In this document: positions 1 through 9,813 of the stretch, one piece after another
Numbering within the stretch: the stretch's first letter is position 1
Layout: each line of letters starts with the position of its first letter
DNA from: an uncultured Mollicutes bacterium
Lineage (GTDB): Bacteria; Bacillota_I; Bacilli_A; ML615J-28; CAG-313
NCBI GenBank assembly: GCA_900548675.1
Contig: URLJ01000001.1
Span: 9,012-73,011, forward strand
Reading direction: 5' to 3'
DNA: 64,000 bases
Position numbers and translations under genes: made by a program
Notes under the pieces: generated by a model
What the model was told of the DNA's origin: nothing
The model's input: the letters and a program-made list of their open reading frames with translations, nothing else
Databases searched by the model: none

Positions 1-83
1 AGTAGAAAAGATGAGATGGGAGTTGGTGGCCAACTTCTTGCCCCCTTTTGTCAACGTTTTCAGCAAATTTTTGCTTAAAATAC

Positions 84-116
84 TTGCATTTTCCTAGCTT
101 TTGGGTTTATTATTAT
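84..116 (+). promoter_or_regulatory. Possible sigma70-like promoter (TTGCAT -35, AT-rich -10); first copy of the repeated AAATACTTGCATTTT element
   Basis: aaatacttgcatttt recurs at 77-91 and 203-217; spacing to a -10 is imperfect. Confidence 0.3.
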
Positions 117-207
117 ATTGTAAATAAGAAAAGGAGAGAAAAAGAGTAGGAAATGGGCTTGACAATAGCCAAAATATAATTTTTCTACATAAAATAATCA
201 AAAATAC

Positions 208-237
208 TTGCATTTTTCCTCCAAAGTGTTATATAAT
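208..237 (+). promoter_or_regulatory. sigma70-like promoter upstream of the split tRNA-Met
   Basis: TTGCAT, then 17-18 nt, then TATAAT (tgttatataat); about 40 nt upstream of the tRNA 5' end. Confidence 0.55.
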
Positions 238-284
238 ATATATATAAATGAAAGAAAGAGAAGAAAAAATACAATATCGCGGGA

Positions 285-876
<592 letters not shown>

Positions 877-997
877 AACCTGGAGGTCAGAGGTTCGAGT
901 CCTCTCCCCGCAACCACTAGTAGTCCACAGCTACAATAAATAAATGTGCAGAGCTAGCGGATGGCATATGCAGTTTCATAGAAAATCCGCACTATAT

Positions 998-1073
998 TGG
1001 GTTGTAGCTCAGCTGGTAGAGCGTTCGGCTGTTAACCGAAATGTCCTGGGTTCGAGTCCCAGCTTCCCAGCCA
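998..1073 (+). tRNA. tRNA-Asn(GUU)
   Basis: D-arm tagctcagctggtagagc, anticodon loop ctGTTaa, T-arm ctgggttcgagtcccag, CCA encoded; the acceptor stem has two U-U mismatches, so the 5' end is uncertain. Confidence 0.7.
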
Positions 1074-1076
1074 TAT

Positions 1077-1151
1077 GCTTGCGTGGCGCAATGGTAGCGC
1101 AACTGACTTGTAATCAGTAGGTTGTCAGTTCAACTCTGACCGCAAGCTCCA
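1077..1151 (+). tRNA. tRNA-Thr(UGU)
   Basis: Perfect acceptor gcttgcg/cgcaagc, anticodon loop ctTGTaa, T-arm gtcagttcaactctgac, CCA encoded. Confidence 0.85.
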
Positions 1152-1157
1152 ATAAAT

Positions 1158-1186
1158 TTGACTTTAATTTGAATTTTTGTTATAAT
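1158..1186 (+). promoter_or_regulatory. sigma70 promoter (TTGACT-17-TATAAT)
   Basis: ttgact, then ttaatttgaatttttgt, then tataat. Confidence 0.6.
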
Positions 1187-1283
1187 ATTATTATAAAAGA
1201 TAAGAAAAATAACAAAAAAGTAGGCGAAACCCTCGTAAAAATACTATCTCCCTTCTTTTTTCTAAAAATAATTATCAAAAATG

Positions 1284-1312
1284 TTGACAAAAACTTAAAA
1301 TTATGATATAAT
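1284..1312 (+). promoter_or_regulatory. Consensus sigma70 promoter (TTGACA-17-TATAAT)
   Basis: ttgaca, then aaaacttaaaattatga, then tataat. Confidence 0.7.
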
Positions 1313-1439
1313 TATTATAGAAACAAAGAAAAAATAACTTAATTTCGATATAAACGGTTAAAAAATAACCGAATATATAAAAATAAAATAGGGTCACGAC
1401 CTTAGCGTGGTTAGCCGAAAGGCAGAAAGGTGGTCAATT

Positions 1440-1772
1440 ATGGCTGAAAAAATAACAAAAGCAATGAACGATGGAGCAGCAAGAGCAAATGCAGTAGAAG
1501 TATTAGGATTAGGAAACTATGCAAAAGTTTCAAACACAGAATACGCATTAACAGTTAAAGATTTAGAAGGAAATGACAAAGTAGTAGTAGTTAAATTAAC
1601 TGTTCCAAAAGCTCAATTAGGGATAGACGAAATGGTTTCTAACTATGAAGCTGAAAGAGCTGACGTAGAAGCTAGAAAAGCTGAAAGAGAAGCAGAAAGA
1701 GCAGCTAAAAGAGCTGACAAAGAAGCTAAGAAAGCAGCTAAAGCTACAAAAGTAGAAGACGTAGAATTTTAG
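1440..1772 (+). CDS. Hypothetical protein (Lys/Glu/Ala-rich C-terminus)
   Basis: ORF with RBS aaaggtgg 9 nt upstream of ATG 1440; the track ORF starts at 1407. Confidence 0.6.
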   Translation: MAEKITKAMNDGAARANAVEVLGLGNYAKVSNTEYALTVKDLEGNDKVVVVKLTVPKAQLGIDEMVSNYEAERADVEARKAEREAERAAKRADKEAKKAAKATKVEDVEF

Positions 1773-1817
1773 TCAAAGCTGGGCATAGACCCAGCTATTT
1801 TATTCTAAAAGGGAGGT

Positions 1818-2192
1818 ATGCAAATGACTGAAAGAGAAAAAACCAATCAAATGCGCGAAGCCGAAATAAAAAGAATAAAGAAGTTCTATGAGGGTGAGGG
1901 GTTTATGGTAGAACGCATTTTGTCACAAAACTCACCATCAAGTTTAATTTTATTTACTGAGGATAACGAAAAGAATGAAAGATATATAGAAGTTAAGTTT
2001 ATAGTTAAAAAAGCTGAATACGAACCTGACGAAGATATTGATGCTTTCAAAATGGAAGTACAAACTCGCGCCGTTAAGAAAGTAAAAGCTGAGCTAAACA
2101 AACTTAATAAGAAAGACCGCGCAATAGCTGAACAAAAAGCTGAAGAAAGAGTTAAAGAACTTATAGAACAATACACAAATGGAGAGGAATAA
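1818..2192 (+). CDS. Hypothetical protein
   Basis: ORF with RBS aaagggagg. Confidence 0.6.
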   Translation: MQMTEREKTNQMREAEIKRIKKFYEGEGFMVERILSQNSPSSLILFTEDNEKNERYIEVKFIVKKAEYEPDEDIDAFKMEVQTRAVKKVKAELNKLNKKDRAIAEQKAEERVKELIEQYTNGEE

Positions 2193-2207
2193 CCTCTCCG
2201 TTTTTTA
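2181..2207 (+). terminator. Rho-independent terminator
   Basis: ggagagg-aataa-cctctcc followed by tttttt. Confidence 0.7.
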
Positions 2208-2302
2208 TGGGATGTGAGTTTGTCTTTTTGACAAACCACCATCAAGTCAAAATTCTACCGGGATTATCTCACAAATTTGCACAAAAGTCAAGTGCAAACA
2301 TA

Positions 2303-2334
2303 ACAAAAAAAAGAGAAACACTTTCGTGTTTCTC
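2303..2334 (-). terminator. Rho-independent terminator for the minus-strand block
   Basis: On the minus strand: gagaaacac-gaaa-gtgtttctc followed by an 8-U run. Confidence 0.7.
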
Positions 2335-2511
2335 GTCTCCGACCTAGCCCCAGTTTGCATGCCACTGGTTTAAGGGGTCAATGGCGTCTGCAGCTACCAA
2401 CACCTTTATACTCTCCCAGCTAGGAACTGCCTAATTGTGAACGTACGTGCTTACAGCTCAAAGCCTTATAGCGCGAGACACTTTCGAGCAGCTAGATATA
2501 TTGAACAGCTG

Positions 2512-2691
2512 TTAAGCTGGCTCAAACAATTGAATTGCACCTACCCCTTGGTCATCTTCATATACAGTTGCATAAGGTTTCTTATCAAGTCCCAAATCAG
2601 CTGCGCTGTCGGCGCCGAAACCTTCCAAAATTCTATTTTGAACATTCAAAGCCAAGTCTGCGAAGTATATTTGTTTCACTTTAACTCCCAT
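2512..2691 (-). CDS. Small hypothetical protein (59 aa), not in the ORF track
   Basis: Minus-strand ORF MGVKVKQIYFADLALNVQ... with strong RBS gggagg; it explains the spurious plus-strand ORF 2437-2730. Confidence 0.5.
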   Translation of the reverse strand: MGVKVKQIYFADLALNVQNRILEGFGADSAADLGLDKKPYATVYEDDQGVGAIQLFEPA

Positions 2692-2859
2692 AGCAACCTC
2701 CCTTATTATTATTTTATTATTATAATATAATTATATAATAATTTTAGATAAAAGTCAAGTTTTATATTTATTAAAATTTAAAAGAAAAATAGTTGATTTT
2801 TATAAGTGAGTGGTGCGCAGCACAATTCTCCTTGTCTTTGCAACTACCTCTCAAACCCT

Positions 2860-3430
2860 TACCTAGCAAAATTTTATCCACCACAAAAAATAGTATTATT
2901 CTTATTATAGTTATTCGTATTATAATTATTTATATTGTAGTTATAGGTGTAGTAATAGGGGTTATTATTATATTAGTTACTATTACTACTATTATAATTG
3001 TTCTTATTATAATTATTGTTATAGTATCTTTATTAGTGTTATTATTAATAGTATTGGTATTGGTATTATTAGTAGTATTATTATTACTACTATTATTATA
3101 TTAAAACTACTACTACTATTATTTTTATTATAACTATTATTACTACTATATTTTTTATTACTATAATTATTTTTATAATATTATTACTATTACTATTTTA
3201 TTATAGTTACTACTACTATTATTATTCTTACTATAATAATTACTACTATTATAATTGTTAGTATAAGTATTATTACTACTACTATTTTTTATAATATTAT
3301 TCTTATTATAAAAATTACTACTATTATTATTTTTATTATTACTATTTAATAGTATTACTACTATTATATTTATTTATTATTGTATTATTTATTCGTATTA
3401 TATTTTATTATATAATAAATAATAATATAA
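2860..3430. repeat. About 570-bp low-complexity tract of degenerate (TTA/TAT/TAC/TAG)n trinucleotide repeats
   Basis: Almost only A/T with periodic C/G; the ORFs here are low-complexity artefacts. Confidence 0.8.
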
Positions 3431-3570
3431 AAGAATAACAATAAAAAGAATAATTTAGTTCTCTTTTTGTTTAAAATGTAATAAAGGAAGAGGAAAACTC
3501 AAAAATTTTTCGTCTCCCTCTAAAAAAATTTTTTCAAAAGTTGTCTGTTTGCGCGAAAACCATAGACGAA

Positions 3571-4242
3571 CTAATAACCGCTATGGTCGTTATCCCAATA
3601 TTCGTCACTACTTTCATATTCGTCTTCCCAGCTATCGCCGCACTCTTCTGAATATGAACCATAATCGAATAATCCTGAACCACTTGATAAGCCAAAATCA
3701 AATACTTTCATTTTATTGTCAATAACTCCATAGTTTCCTCCTCTGACATCACATAATGCAATTTGATAACGTTCGTCTAAAATTGGTCTTAATGCTTCCA
3801 ACTCTGTTTCCATATCAGACACTAAGGCTTCATGTGATTCACAATCCATTATGTCGTCTTCTGCCATTTCTTGTTCAATTACAATTACACCATTCTTATC
3901 AAAATAATAATCTTTAATTTCAGCTATACAATTTATTTCTAAACCTTCGCTCATAAGCTCTTGAAATGCGTTCCATACAATAAGCTCTATTGCAAATTGA
4001 CCAAGTGGCCATACAAGTTGTGGTACTTCGTCATAAATTGAATATAAGAAACCACTTATTTCTTCCATTGTATCTGGGAAAGAAGTTGCTATACCACCTA
4101 AATTTTCAACTAAATATCTTCCTCTTGGTACTTTATAAACTATTCCATCTTTTACATATGCTTCTTTGCTTGCGCCTTGACCTAAGTATGTTGCCCCACA
4201 TAAGATTTCATCTACACTTTTATTTATTTGTCTAATTTTCAT
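3571..4242 (-). CDS. Protein-kinase-like protein with an acidic C-terminal tail
   Basis: Gly-rich loop LGQGASKEAY with Lys (VYKV), catalytic-loop-like LCDVRGGN, and DFG motif (VFDFG). Confidence 0.5.
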   Translation of the reverse strand: MKIRQINKSVDEILCGATYLGQGASKEAYVKDGIVYKVPRGRYLVENLGGIATSFPDTMEEISGFLYSIYDEVPQLVWPLGQFAIELIVWNAFQELMSEGLEINCIAEIKDYYFDKNGVIVIEQEMAEDDIMDCESHEALVSDMETELEALRPILDERYQIALCDVRGGNYGVIDNKMKVFDFGLSSGSGLFDYGSYSEECGDSWEDEYESSDEYWDNDHSGY

Positions 4243-4276
4243 TAATAATCACAACCTTTCTTTTTTCTATAATATA

Positions 4277-4305
4277 ATTATAGCACAGTTTGAACTATAA
4301 GTCAA
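4277..4305 (-). promoter_or_regulatory. Conserved early promoter cassette (minus): TTGACT-17-TATAAT-TATATTATA
   Basis: Reverse complement reads ttgacttatagttcaaactgtgctataattatattatag. Confidence 0.7.
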
Positions 4306-4416
4306 CTGAAAACTTGGAAATAATTACTAGTTAGATTTTAAATAGTTGGCGCGAAAAGGTAACACATTTAATACGAGGGAAATAATCCCTTATTTTTTAA
4401 AATAGGAGGCTCTATA

Positions 4417-4509
4417 TGAACAGTGAAAAAGATAATAAACAAAATTCTCAAAAAGACAATCAAAACAATAGACAAAACGAGAAAGAGAATAATAAAAAAA
4501 ATAAGTAGA
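4417..4509 (+). CDS. Small basic low-complexity peptide (30 aa) on the plus strand inside the minus block
   Basis: ataggaggctctat-ATG gives MNSEKDNKQNSQKDNQNNRQNEKENNKKNK; a terminator follows. Confidence 0.35.
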
Positions 4510-4513
4510 GTAA

Positions 4514-4540
4514 AGAGGGCTCTGTAGCCCTCTCTTTTTA
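4514..4540 (+). terminator. Rho-independent terminator
   Basis: agagggc-tctgt-agccctct followed by ttttta. Confidence 0.6.
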
Positions 4541-5128
4541 AATTTCAACATTATAATCAATTTTAACTGTATTTGTTGGGACAACTAAAATTTGTCCTTT
4601 TTCTTTTGCATTTAATTCAATAATTTCGCCATATTCATGTCCCCATAACACATCTATCCAATTTGCTTTTCGTTGGCGTTTATCCATAATCTTTATTAAT
4701 TTTGGACTTTCTTCGTCCGTTTCTTTAATATAAATATTTTCACCTTGTATTGTCTGTAATTGTTTTCCATACTCAGTGTTAGCAAAAAATACATAATACA
4801 TTTCTTTCGTTGTTTCACTTGAGCCCGTTACAAAACCTGACCCCAATAGGAATGCGCCAGTTAAACTTGCATCTTCATATGTTTCAGTTTTAAATTCTAA
4901 ACCTGTAATTTCATATGCTGTTTCTTGAAATTCACTTTTAGTATCTTCACACGCATGATTTGCAATTGGCAATATAAGTAAGAATCCTGCTAACACTACG
5001 CATGCGCCCACAGCTATTTCCTCGTCCAACCAGTGAGCGATTAGTAAAGTAACAATGGTGACTACAATTATCATTATAATAAAATACAACATATTAAACC
5101 TCCTTATAAGTTTTATATAAACATTCAA
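4538..5128 (-). CDS. Hypothetical membrane protein
   Basis: N-terminal hydrophobic segments; the start may be the internal Met near 5092 to avoid overlap. Confidence 0.55.
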   Translation of the reverse strand: MNVYIKLIRRFNMLYFIIMIIVVTIVTLLIAHWLDEEIAVGACVVLAGFLLILPIANHACEDTKSEFQETAYEITGLEFKTETYEDASLTGAFLLGSGFVTGSSETTKEMYYVFFANTEYGKQLQTIQGENIYIKETDEESPKLIKIMDKRQRKANWIDVLWGHEYGEIIELNAKEKGQILVVPTNTVKIDYNVEI

Positions 5129-5783
5129 ATTTATTATTTAGAGGTATATCCAAATGCCAATGGCCAAAATACCATTTATCTATATTAACCATTTCATTTA
5201 TTGATTGAAGTCTACGTTGAGAATTGCTAATTTTAACTCCATTTATGTTTGAGAATACTGAAATTTGTGGAGTTATAGCAGCTGGACAATCATGTGATAG
5301 CATTATATCTATATGATTATTATCTCCTAAATTTCTTATAAAATGCCCTATATCAGTTGTAGTAATTTCTTCCTCTGGCCACCAACTAATTCCTTCTGTT
5401 CTATGCCATAAGTCTACCGAATTAGCTCCACCGCATACACCTATTCTTTTATTATTAATGTTATATACTTCACCTCTTAATAAGTGAATTACACCACTTG
5501 GTAATTTACCTGCGCGACCACCATTCCATTCAATAACCTCTTCTAATTCTCTAATTAAACGGAAATTTTCATGATTACCATCAACAAAAGCAACTGAAAA
5601 AGGTAAGTCTTCAATGATGCTAAAATTAAGTACAGTAGTTTTCTCATTCCAAATACAACCAAAATCACCTAAAACAATAACTAAATCATCTTTGGTAGCA
5701 TCTGGCAAATTGAAATTAAATAATCGTATTATATCACCGTGCAAATCACCTGTTATTATTATTCTATTTACTTTCTGTATCAT
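5094..5783 (-). CDS. Calcineurin-like metallophosphoesterase (Ser/Thr phosphatase family)
   Basis: Motifs GDLHG, GDFG, GNHE, and GHWH. Confidence 0.85.
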   Translation of the reverse strand: MIQKVNRIIITGDLHGDIIRLFNFNLPDATKDDLVIVLGDFGCIWNEKTTVLNFSIIEDLPFSVAFVDGNHENFRLIRELEEVIEWNGGRAGKLPSGVIHLLRGEVYNINNKRIGVCGGANSVDLWHRTEGISWWPEEEITTTDIGHFIRNLGDNNHIDIMLSHDCPAAITPQISVFSNINGVKISNSQRRLQSINEMVNIDKWYFGHWHLDIPLNNKFECLYKTYKEV

Positions 5784-6003
5784 AATTACCTCCTTTATCT
5801 TCTACTGCTTCCATTCTCAACATTAATGTTGTATCTTCTTCGTTTTCTTCTGTATCTAGTAAATGAACTGGAACTATATGTAATAGAACAGTGTCATACG
5901 CTTTTGTTTCACGTTCAGTTGTCATCACAACATCGCAATCTCCCACTTCTGCCAATATATCTGTTAATGCCTTAATCAAGTCGGTCAAACACATATTCTC
6001 CAC
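5764..6003 (-). CDS. Hypothetical acidic protein
   Basis: ORF. Confidence 0.45.
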   Translation of the reverse strand: MENMCLTDLIKALTDILAEVGDCDVVMTTERETKAYDTVLLHIVPVHLLDTEENEEDTTLMLRMEAVEDKGGNYDTESK

Positions 6004-6199
6004 GCTCCTTTAACTCTTGAAAATAATATTCTTCTCGCGCTAATTCATTTAATCTTTTTCTATCTGCCTCTGACTCTTCACGAACTTTCTCATTGAAATA
6101 ATCTCGTTTACCCACTCTTTCAAGTGACCTGTGTATTATTTCTGCTCGTTCTTGGTCTCTCATTTCTTTCCCAAAATCATAATAAATTACTTTACCCAT
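5972..6199 (-). CDS. Hypothetical protein
   Basis: ORF. Confidence 0.5.
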   Translation of the reverse strand: MGKVIYYDFGKEMRDQERAEIIHRSLERVGKRDYFNEKVREESEADRKRLNELAREEYYFQELKERGEYVFDRLD

Positions 6200-6228
6200 A
6201 AAACCACTCCCTTTTTTCTTATAATATA

Positions 6229-6257
6229 ATTATAACATAATTTGAATTTAAAGTCAA
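6229..6257 (-). promoter_or_regulatory. Conserved early promoter cassette (minus)
   Basis: ttgactttaaattcaaattatgt-tataat-tatattataag on the reverse complement. Confidence 0.7.
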
Positions 6258-6590
6258 ATTATAATTAAACTTAATCTCACAATAAAACTTATCTCTCAAA
6301 ATAAAATCGTAGTCAATTCACTAAAAATTTGAAGCAAATTCACTACGATTATTACTTTAATTTTGAAATGGATTTTGTAAAATATCAGGATTATTCCACA
6401 ACCCAGTTTGTAATATAAGGATTAGGATTAGAATTAAACCAGGCTCTATATTCATTACTTACAGCTGTACTTATATATACTGTCTTTTTATTATTTATAT
6501 TTATTGGAATATAATTATTAAAATTTATTTCTACGGGCGCGGACACTGTAGGAGTTGTTAATGTATCAGCGAGAGTGCTCGCGCCTTTAG

Positions 6591-7943
6591 TTAGTCCAAG
6601 TCTTCATCTTCATCTTCATCTGGTTGATGGCATTCTTGCCAACGTGGGCAATGCGCACAGTGGTCTTCATCAGCTTCCATTACTCCATGACTAGCTAAGT
6701 CCCAATCTACGTCTTCACATTCACAAGTATTATCTAATGAACACACTGGATGGTTTTCTATCCAAGTATCGCATTCTGCACAGTCTTCTTCGCAACAGCT
6801 ACAATCGCAATAATCATCAATGTATTCACACCAATATCTATCCTCGTAACAATTATGTTGAAAACCATATCCTAAATACTCTTTTCCTTCATCAGAACCT
6901 TCTATTGTTTCGCCACAACCACAAGCACACTTAAAAGAAGTGTTATATACATTAAAAGTTTCAGGCTCTGCATCAGATTGCATATATAAATTATGATTAT
7001 GATATTCTCCATAGCCATAGTAAATATCTCTATCTATAAAACTGCTATCGCTTTCTTTCCACATATTGCGAACACCCAAGTAATTGCTAATTTTTTCTTC
7101 TACGATTGCTCGCAATTGTTTTTCTAATACACTGTCATAGCATTTGCCTGGGTAGATTGAGTTGAAATGTACTGTTGTAAATTTAGGTGAAATAGCTATC
7201 CATTGACGCATTCTTTTATAACGAACATTTTTTAATTCATAATTATCATATAGATTAAGTTTGCCTTCATTATTCCATACATAAGTAATTAATGATGAAG
7301 TATCAAGTACGGCAGCCATACAACCATCTGCGTGAGAAGCTGAATTATCTGTTTCTAAACGATAACAAGATTCCCATTTATATGGATTTTCACTTGCCAA
7401 CATCATATCAACGGGGTCAATAGAAATAGTATGCATCGCTTCAACAGTATCATTTTCAAAAATGCGCCCTATTTCAGTTACTAATCCATCTGGCGCGTTT
7501 AGCATATGTTTGAAGAAACGAGTAAGTGAACTACCGCCTATCCTATAACCTGAAAATAATGTACTGATTGTATCTCTTATTTGCCAACTCAAATCTGATG
7601 ATTCTATTTTATTGTTTTTTAAATTTCTAAATTCTTCTAACCACAAAGCGTAAGCTGGATAACTTTTTTCTAAATTTCTAACTTCTGAAACAATATCGTC
7701 TCTACATTTTTTATAAGCAAATTTTACATCGCTTTTTAATTTATTATTTAACATTTTAAAAAATCTATATTTATTTTTAGCCCAAGTGTGTAAATAATCT
7801 TTTATTGTCCCATCATCAATTTCATTCATTTTTAAACCACTAAAAATAGAAATACATTTCGTAAAATCTGGAATATTAACCATTTTTAACATTGGTACAT
7901 ATTGTTCTTCTATATCATTAATTAAGTCTTTTGTCATTAACAT
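6591..7943 (-). CDS. Hypothetical protein with Cys-rich, acidic C-terminal region
   Basis: C-terminal CACGCG...CDCSCCEEDCAECD...CAHCP clusters; no recognisable family. Confidence 0.6.
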   Translation of the reverse strand: MLMTKDLINDIEEQYVPMLKMVNIPDFTKCISIFSGLKMNEIDDGTIKDYLHTWAKNKYRFFKMLNNKLKSDVKFAYKKCRDDIVSEVRNLEKSYPAYALWLEEFRNLKNNKIESSDLSWQIRDTISTLFSGYRIGGSSLTRFFKHMLNAPDGLVTEIGRIFENDTVEAMHTISIDPVDMMLASENPYKWESCYRLETDNSASHADGCMAAVLDTSSLITYVWNNEGKLNLYDNYELKNVRYKRMRQWIAISPKFTTVHFNSIYPGKCYDSVLEKQLRAIVEEKISNYLGVRNMWKESDSSFIDRDIYYGYGEYHNHNLYMQSDAEPETFNVYNTSFKCACGCGETIEGSDEGKEYLGYGFQHNCYEDRYWCEYIDDYCDCSCCEEDCAECDTWIENHPVCSLDNTCECEDVDWDLASHGVMEADEDHCAHCPRWQECHQPDEDEDEDLD

Positions 7944-7976
7944 AATAAATCACCCTTTCTTTTTCTTTATAATATA

Positions 7977-8005
7977 ATTATAGCATAATTTTTATATAAA
8001 GTCAA
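7977..8005 (-). promoter_or_regulatory. Conserved early promoter cassette (minus)
   Basis: ttgact-17-tataat-tatattataaag. Confidence 0.7.
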
Positions 8006-8031
8006 AAAAATAAAGAGAGTTGTTACTCTCT

Positions 8032-8475
8032 TTAAATTAATAAGTCATAATTTAATTTTCCTTCTGAATTGATTATATTATAATTTCTTAATATTGTAGT
8101 TACTTCTTCAGGAGATGTTAAATAAGAGCATAATATTTGTATATCTTCTAATATTTCATGGACTTTTTCTTGTCGTCTTTCAATACTTTTTTTTGCTTCA
8201 TTTAACAAATGTTGGGTTGTCTCCGTATAAATATGGTCTAACGTTGTCCAAACAGATAGACTATCAAAATTTTCTTTTGATAAAGTCATATCACCATTTT
8301 TCTCCAATTCGTTATTTACTCCTTTTAATTCATTAATAAATAAATTTTTTGCATTGTTAAGAGCTCGTTGAATTATATCTGATTCTTTAATAGCTTTTAA
8401 TTGTTTGTCAGCTTGTTCTACAATTTTTTCATTCATTTTTTCTTCGTAGTTTTCTAAAAAAATTTTTATATCCAT
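8032..8475 (-). CDS. Hypothetical protein
   Basis: ORF. Confidence 0.55.
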   Translation of the reverse strand: MDIKIFLENYEEKMNEKIVEQADKQLKAIKESDIIQRALNNAKNLFINELKGVNNELEKNGDMTLSKENFDSLSVWTTLDHIYTETTQHLLNEAKKSIERRQEKVHEILEDIQILCSYLTSPEEVTTILRNYNIINSEGKLNYDLLI

Positions 8476-8708
8476 TATTTACCTCTTTGTTTTTTATTTT
8501 TTAAAAAAAGTATTAAAATAAAAAGTATTATAATTACAGATATACCTAAACTTATAAAAGTTGGCATCCATACCATCCACCAAGACCAATTAATTAAATT
8601 GGTTAATTTTAAAACTATAAAAACAACTTGTAAAATTGTAAAAATGCCAGGATTATTTATTTGTATTTTATTTGTATCTAACCATTCTATATTATTATTT
8701 TTCTTCAT
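8475..8708 (-). CDS. Small membrane protein
   Basis: Two hydrophobic segments. Confidence 0.45.
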   Translation of the reverse strand: MKKNNNIEWLDTNKIQINNPGIFTILQVVFIVLKLTNLINWSWWMVWMPTFISLGISVIIILFILILFLKNKKQRGK

Positions 8709-9162
8709 TTTTAAATTCCTCCTTTGAAGGCATTTCTAATGAATACCCATAAGGCATTTCGCCTTTTGCTATTTTTATTAAATGCTCTTTTTCTTCTTCG
8801 TTTTCATAGGCATTATTTTCCAACATCTTTTCTGCTTGTGTTCTAATTACATTAAAAGCTGTTGGTGTTAATATGTTAGCAAAATAATGTTCCATACCTG
8901 GTTTTAACATTGCTGTAAAATCTATCATTCTCATAGGCATTTGAATTCCTGTTATATATCTTATTGCTCTCCATAAACTTATTCCATCAGTTGTATCAAA
9001 AGTTACATTTTTAGCTGCGTGAAAAGCTGCTGCCGCAATTAGACCTACTGTGTCGTCTGGGTCTAAATCTGCATCTCTAATTTCTCTTATTAAACCAGAT
9101 AATTCTTGTGGTCCATATATTTCATCTCTTATTTTTTGTGCCAACTCTAATTCTTTATCCAT
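8695..9162 (-). CDS. Hypothetical protein
   Basis: ORF. Confidence 0.55.
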   Translation of the reverse strand: MDKELELAQKIRDEIYGPQELSGLIREIRDADLDPDDTVGLIAAAAFHAAKNVTFDTTDGISLWRAIRYITGIQMPMRMIDFTAMLKPGMEHYFANILTPTAFNVIRTQAEKMLENNAYENEEEKEHLIKIAKGEMPYGYSLEMPSKEEFKNEEK

Positions 9163-9813
9163 CTAAACCTCCTTTATATAGTATTTTAATACTATTTTAT
9201 TATAATCTTCTATCCAATTCCAAACTTCTCTGCCATCTTCTGTTTTTAAATTGTCATAAAATCTATAACCATAGTAATCTCTACGTACTCTATCTGCTAC
9301 GTAATCAATTCCATACAATTTTAAATCTACAAGAATATAATCTATCATTGCACGAGTAACAAAATCCCAAATTGGATATTCTCCTGCACTTTCTCTGTTA
9401 TGTGCTTTATAATATTTATAAGGTTCGTCCCAGTTCCATTCAGAGCCTGCGCGTTTACCATAAACTTTTCCTGCACCAATCCAGTCAGCTATCATTTCAT
9501 ATACATATTGTCTTGGTATTCTGCAAGGTTTTGGATTTTGTTGGTTATCCCAATCCATCCAATACCATTGATGGTGTTTATTTTTTGCTTTGTGATGAAG
9601 CCATGCGGCTGAATAACCTTTTTCTTTCTTTTCTGCATCTATTGGTGAATAAGTACCTTGAAAATATCTTGCGCTTGGACCAAATTCAGTCCAAGAAAAT
9701 TTACTTAAATCGTGTACAATACCTTGCCAATATAAACCAAATTGAAAACAAACTTTTCCAACTTCTATTTTATGTTTAATTATTGTTTTTAAATGTTCAA
9801 AATATTTATTCAT
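9163..9813 (-). CDS. Hypothetical protein (Trp/Tyr-rich)
   Basis: ORF. Confidence 0.55.
   Translation of the reverse strand: MNKYFEHLKTIIKHKIEVGKVCFQFGLYWQGIVHDLSKFSWTEFGPSARYFQGTYSPIDAEKKEKGYSAAWLHHKAKNKHHQWYWMDWDNQQNPKPCRIPRQYVYEMIADWIGAGKVYGKRAGSEWNWDEPYKYYKAHNRESAGEYPIWDFVTRAMIDYILVDLKLYGIDYVADRVRRDYYGYRFYDNLKTEDGREVWNWIEDYNKIVLKYYIKEV

Noticed and set aside
1886-2245. Minus-strand ORF antisense to the 1818-2192 gene
   Set aside because: Ser/Leu-rich antisense artefact; no RBS; the sense ORF has an RBS and a terminator.
2437-3104. Plus-strand track ORFs 2437-2730 and 2793-3104
   Set aside because: The first is antisense to a better-supported minus-strand 59-aa gene with a strong RBS. 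The second is an Ile/Leu/Val translation of the A/T trinucleotide repeat. Neither has an RBS.
4390-4584. Minus-strand 64-aa ORF
   Set aside because: Overlaps the plus-strand micro-ORF and the terminator hairpin; composition reads as an AT-rich artefact.
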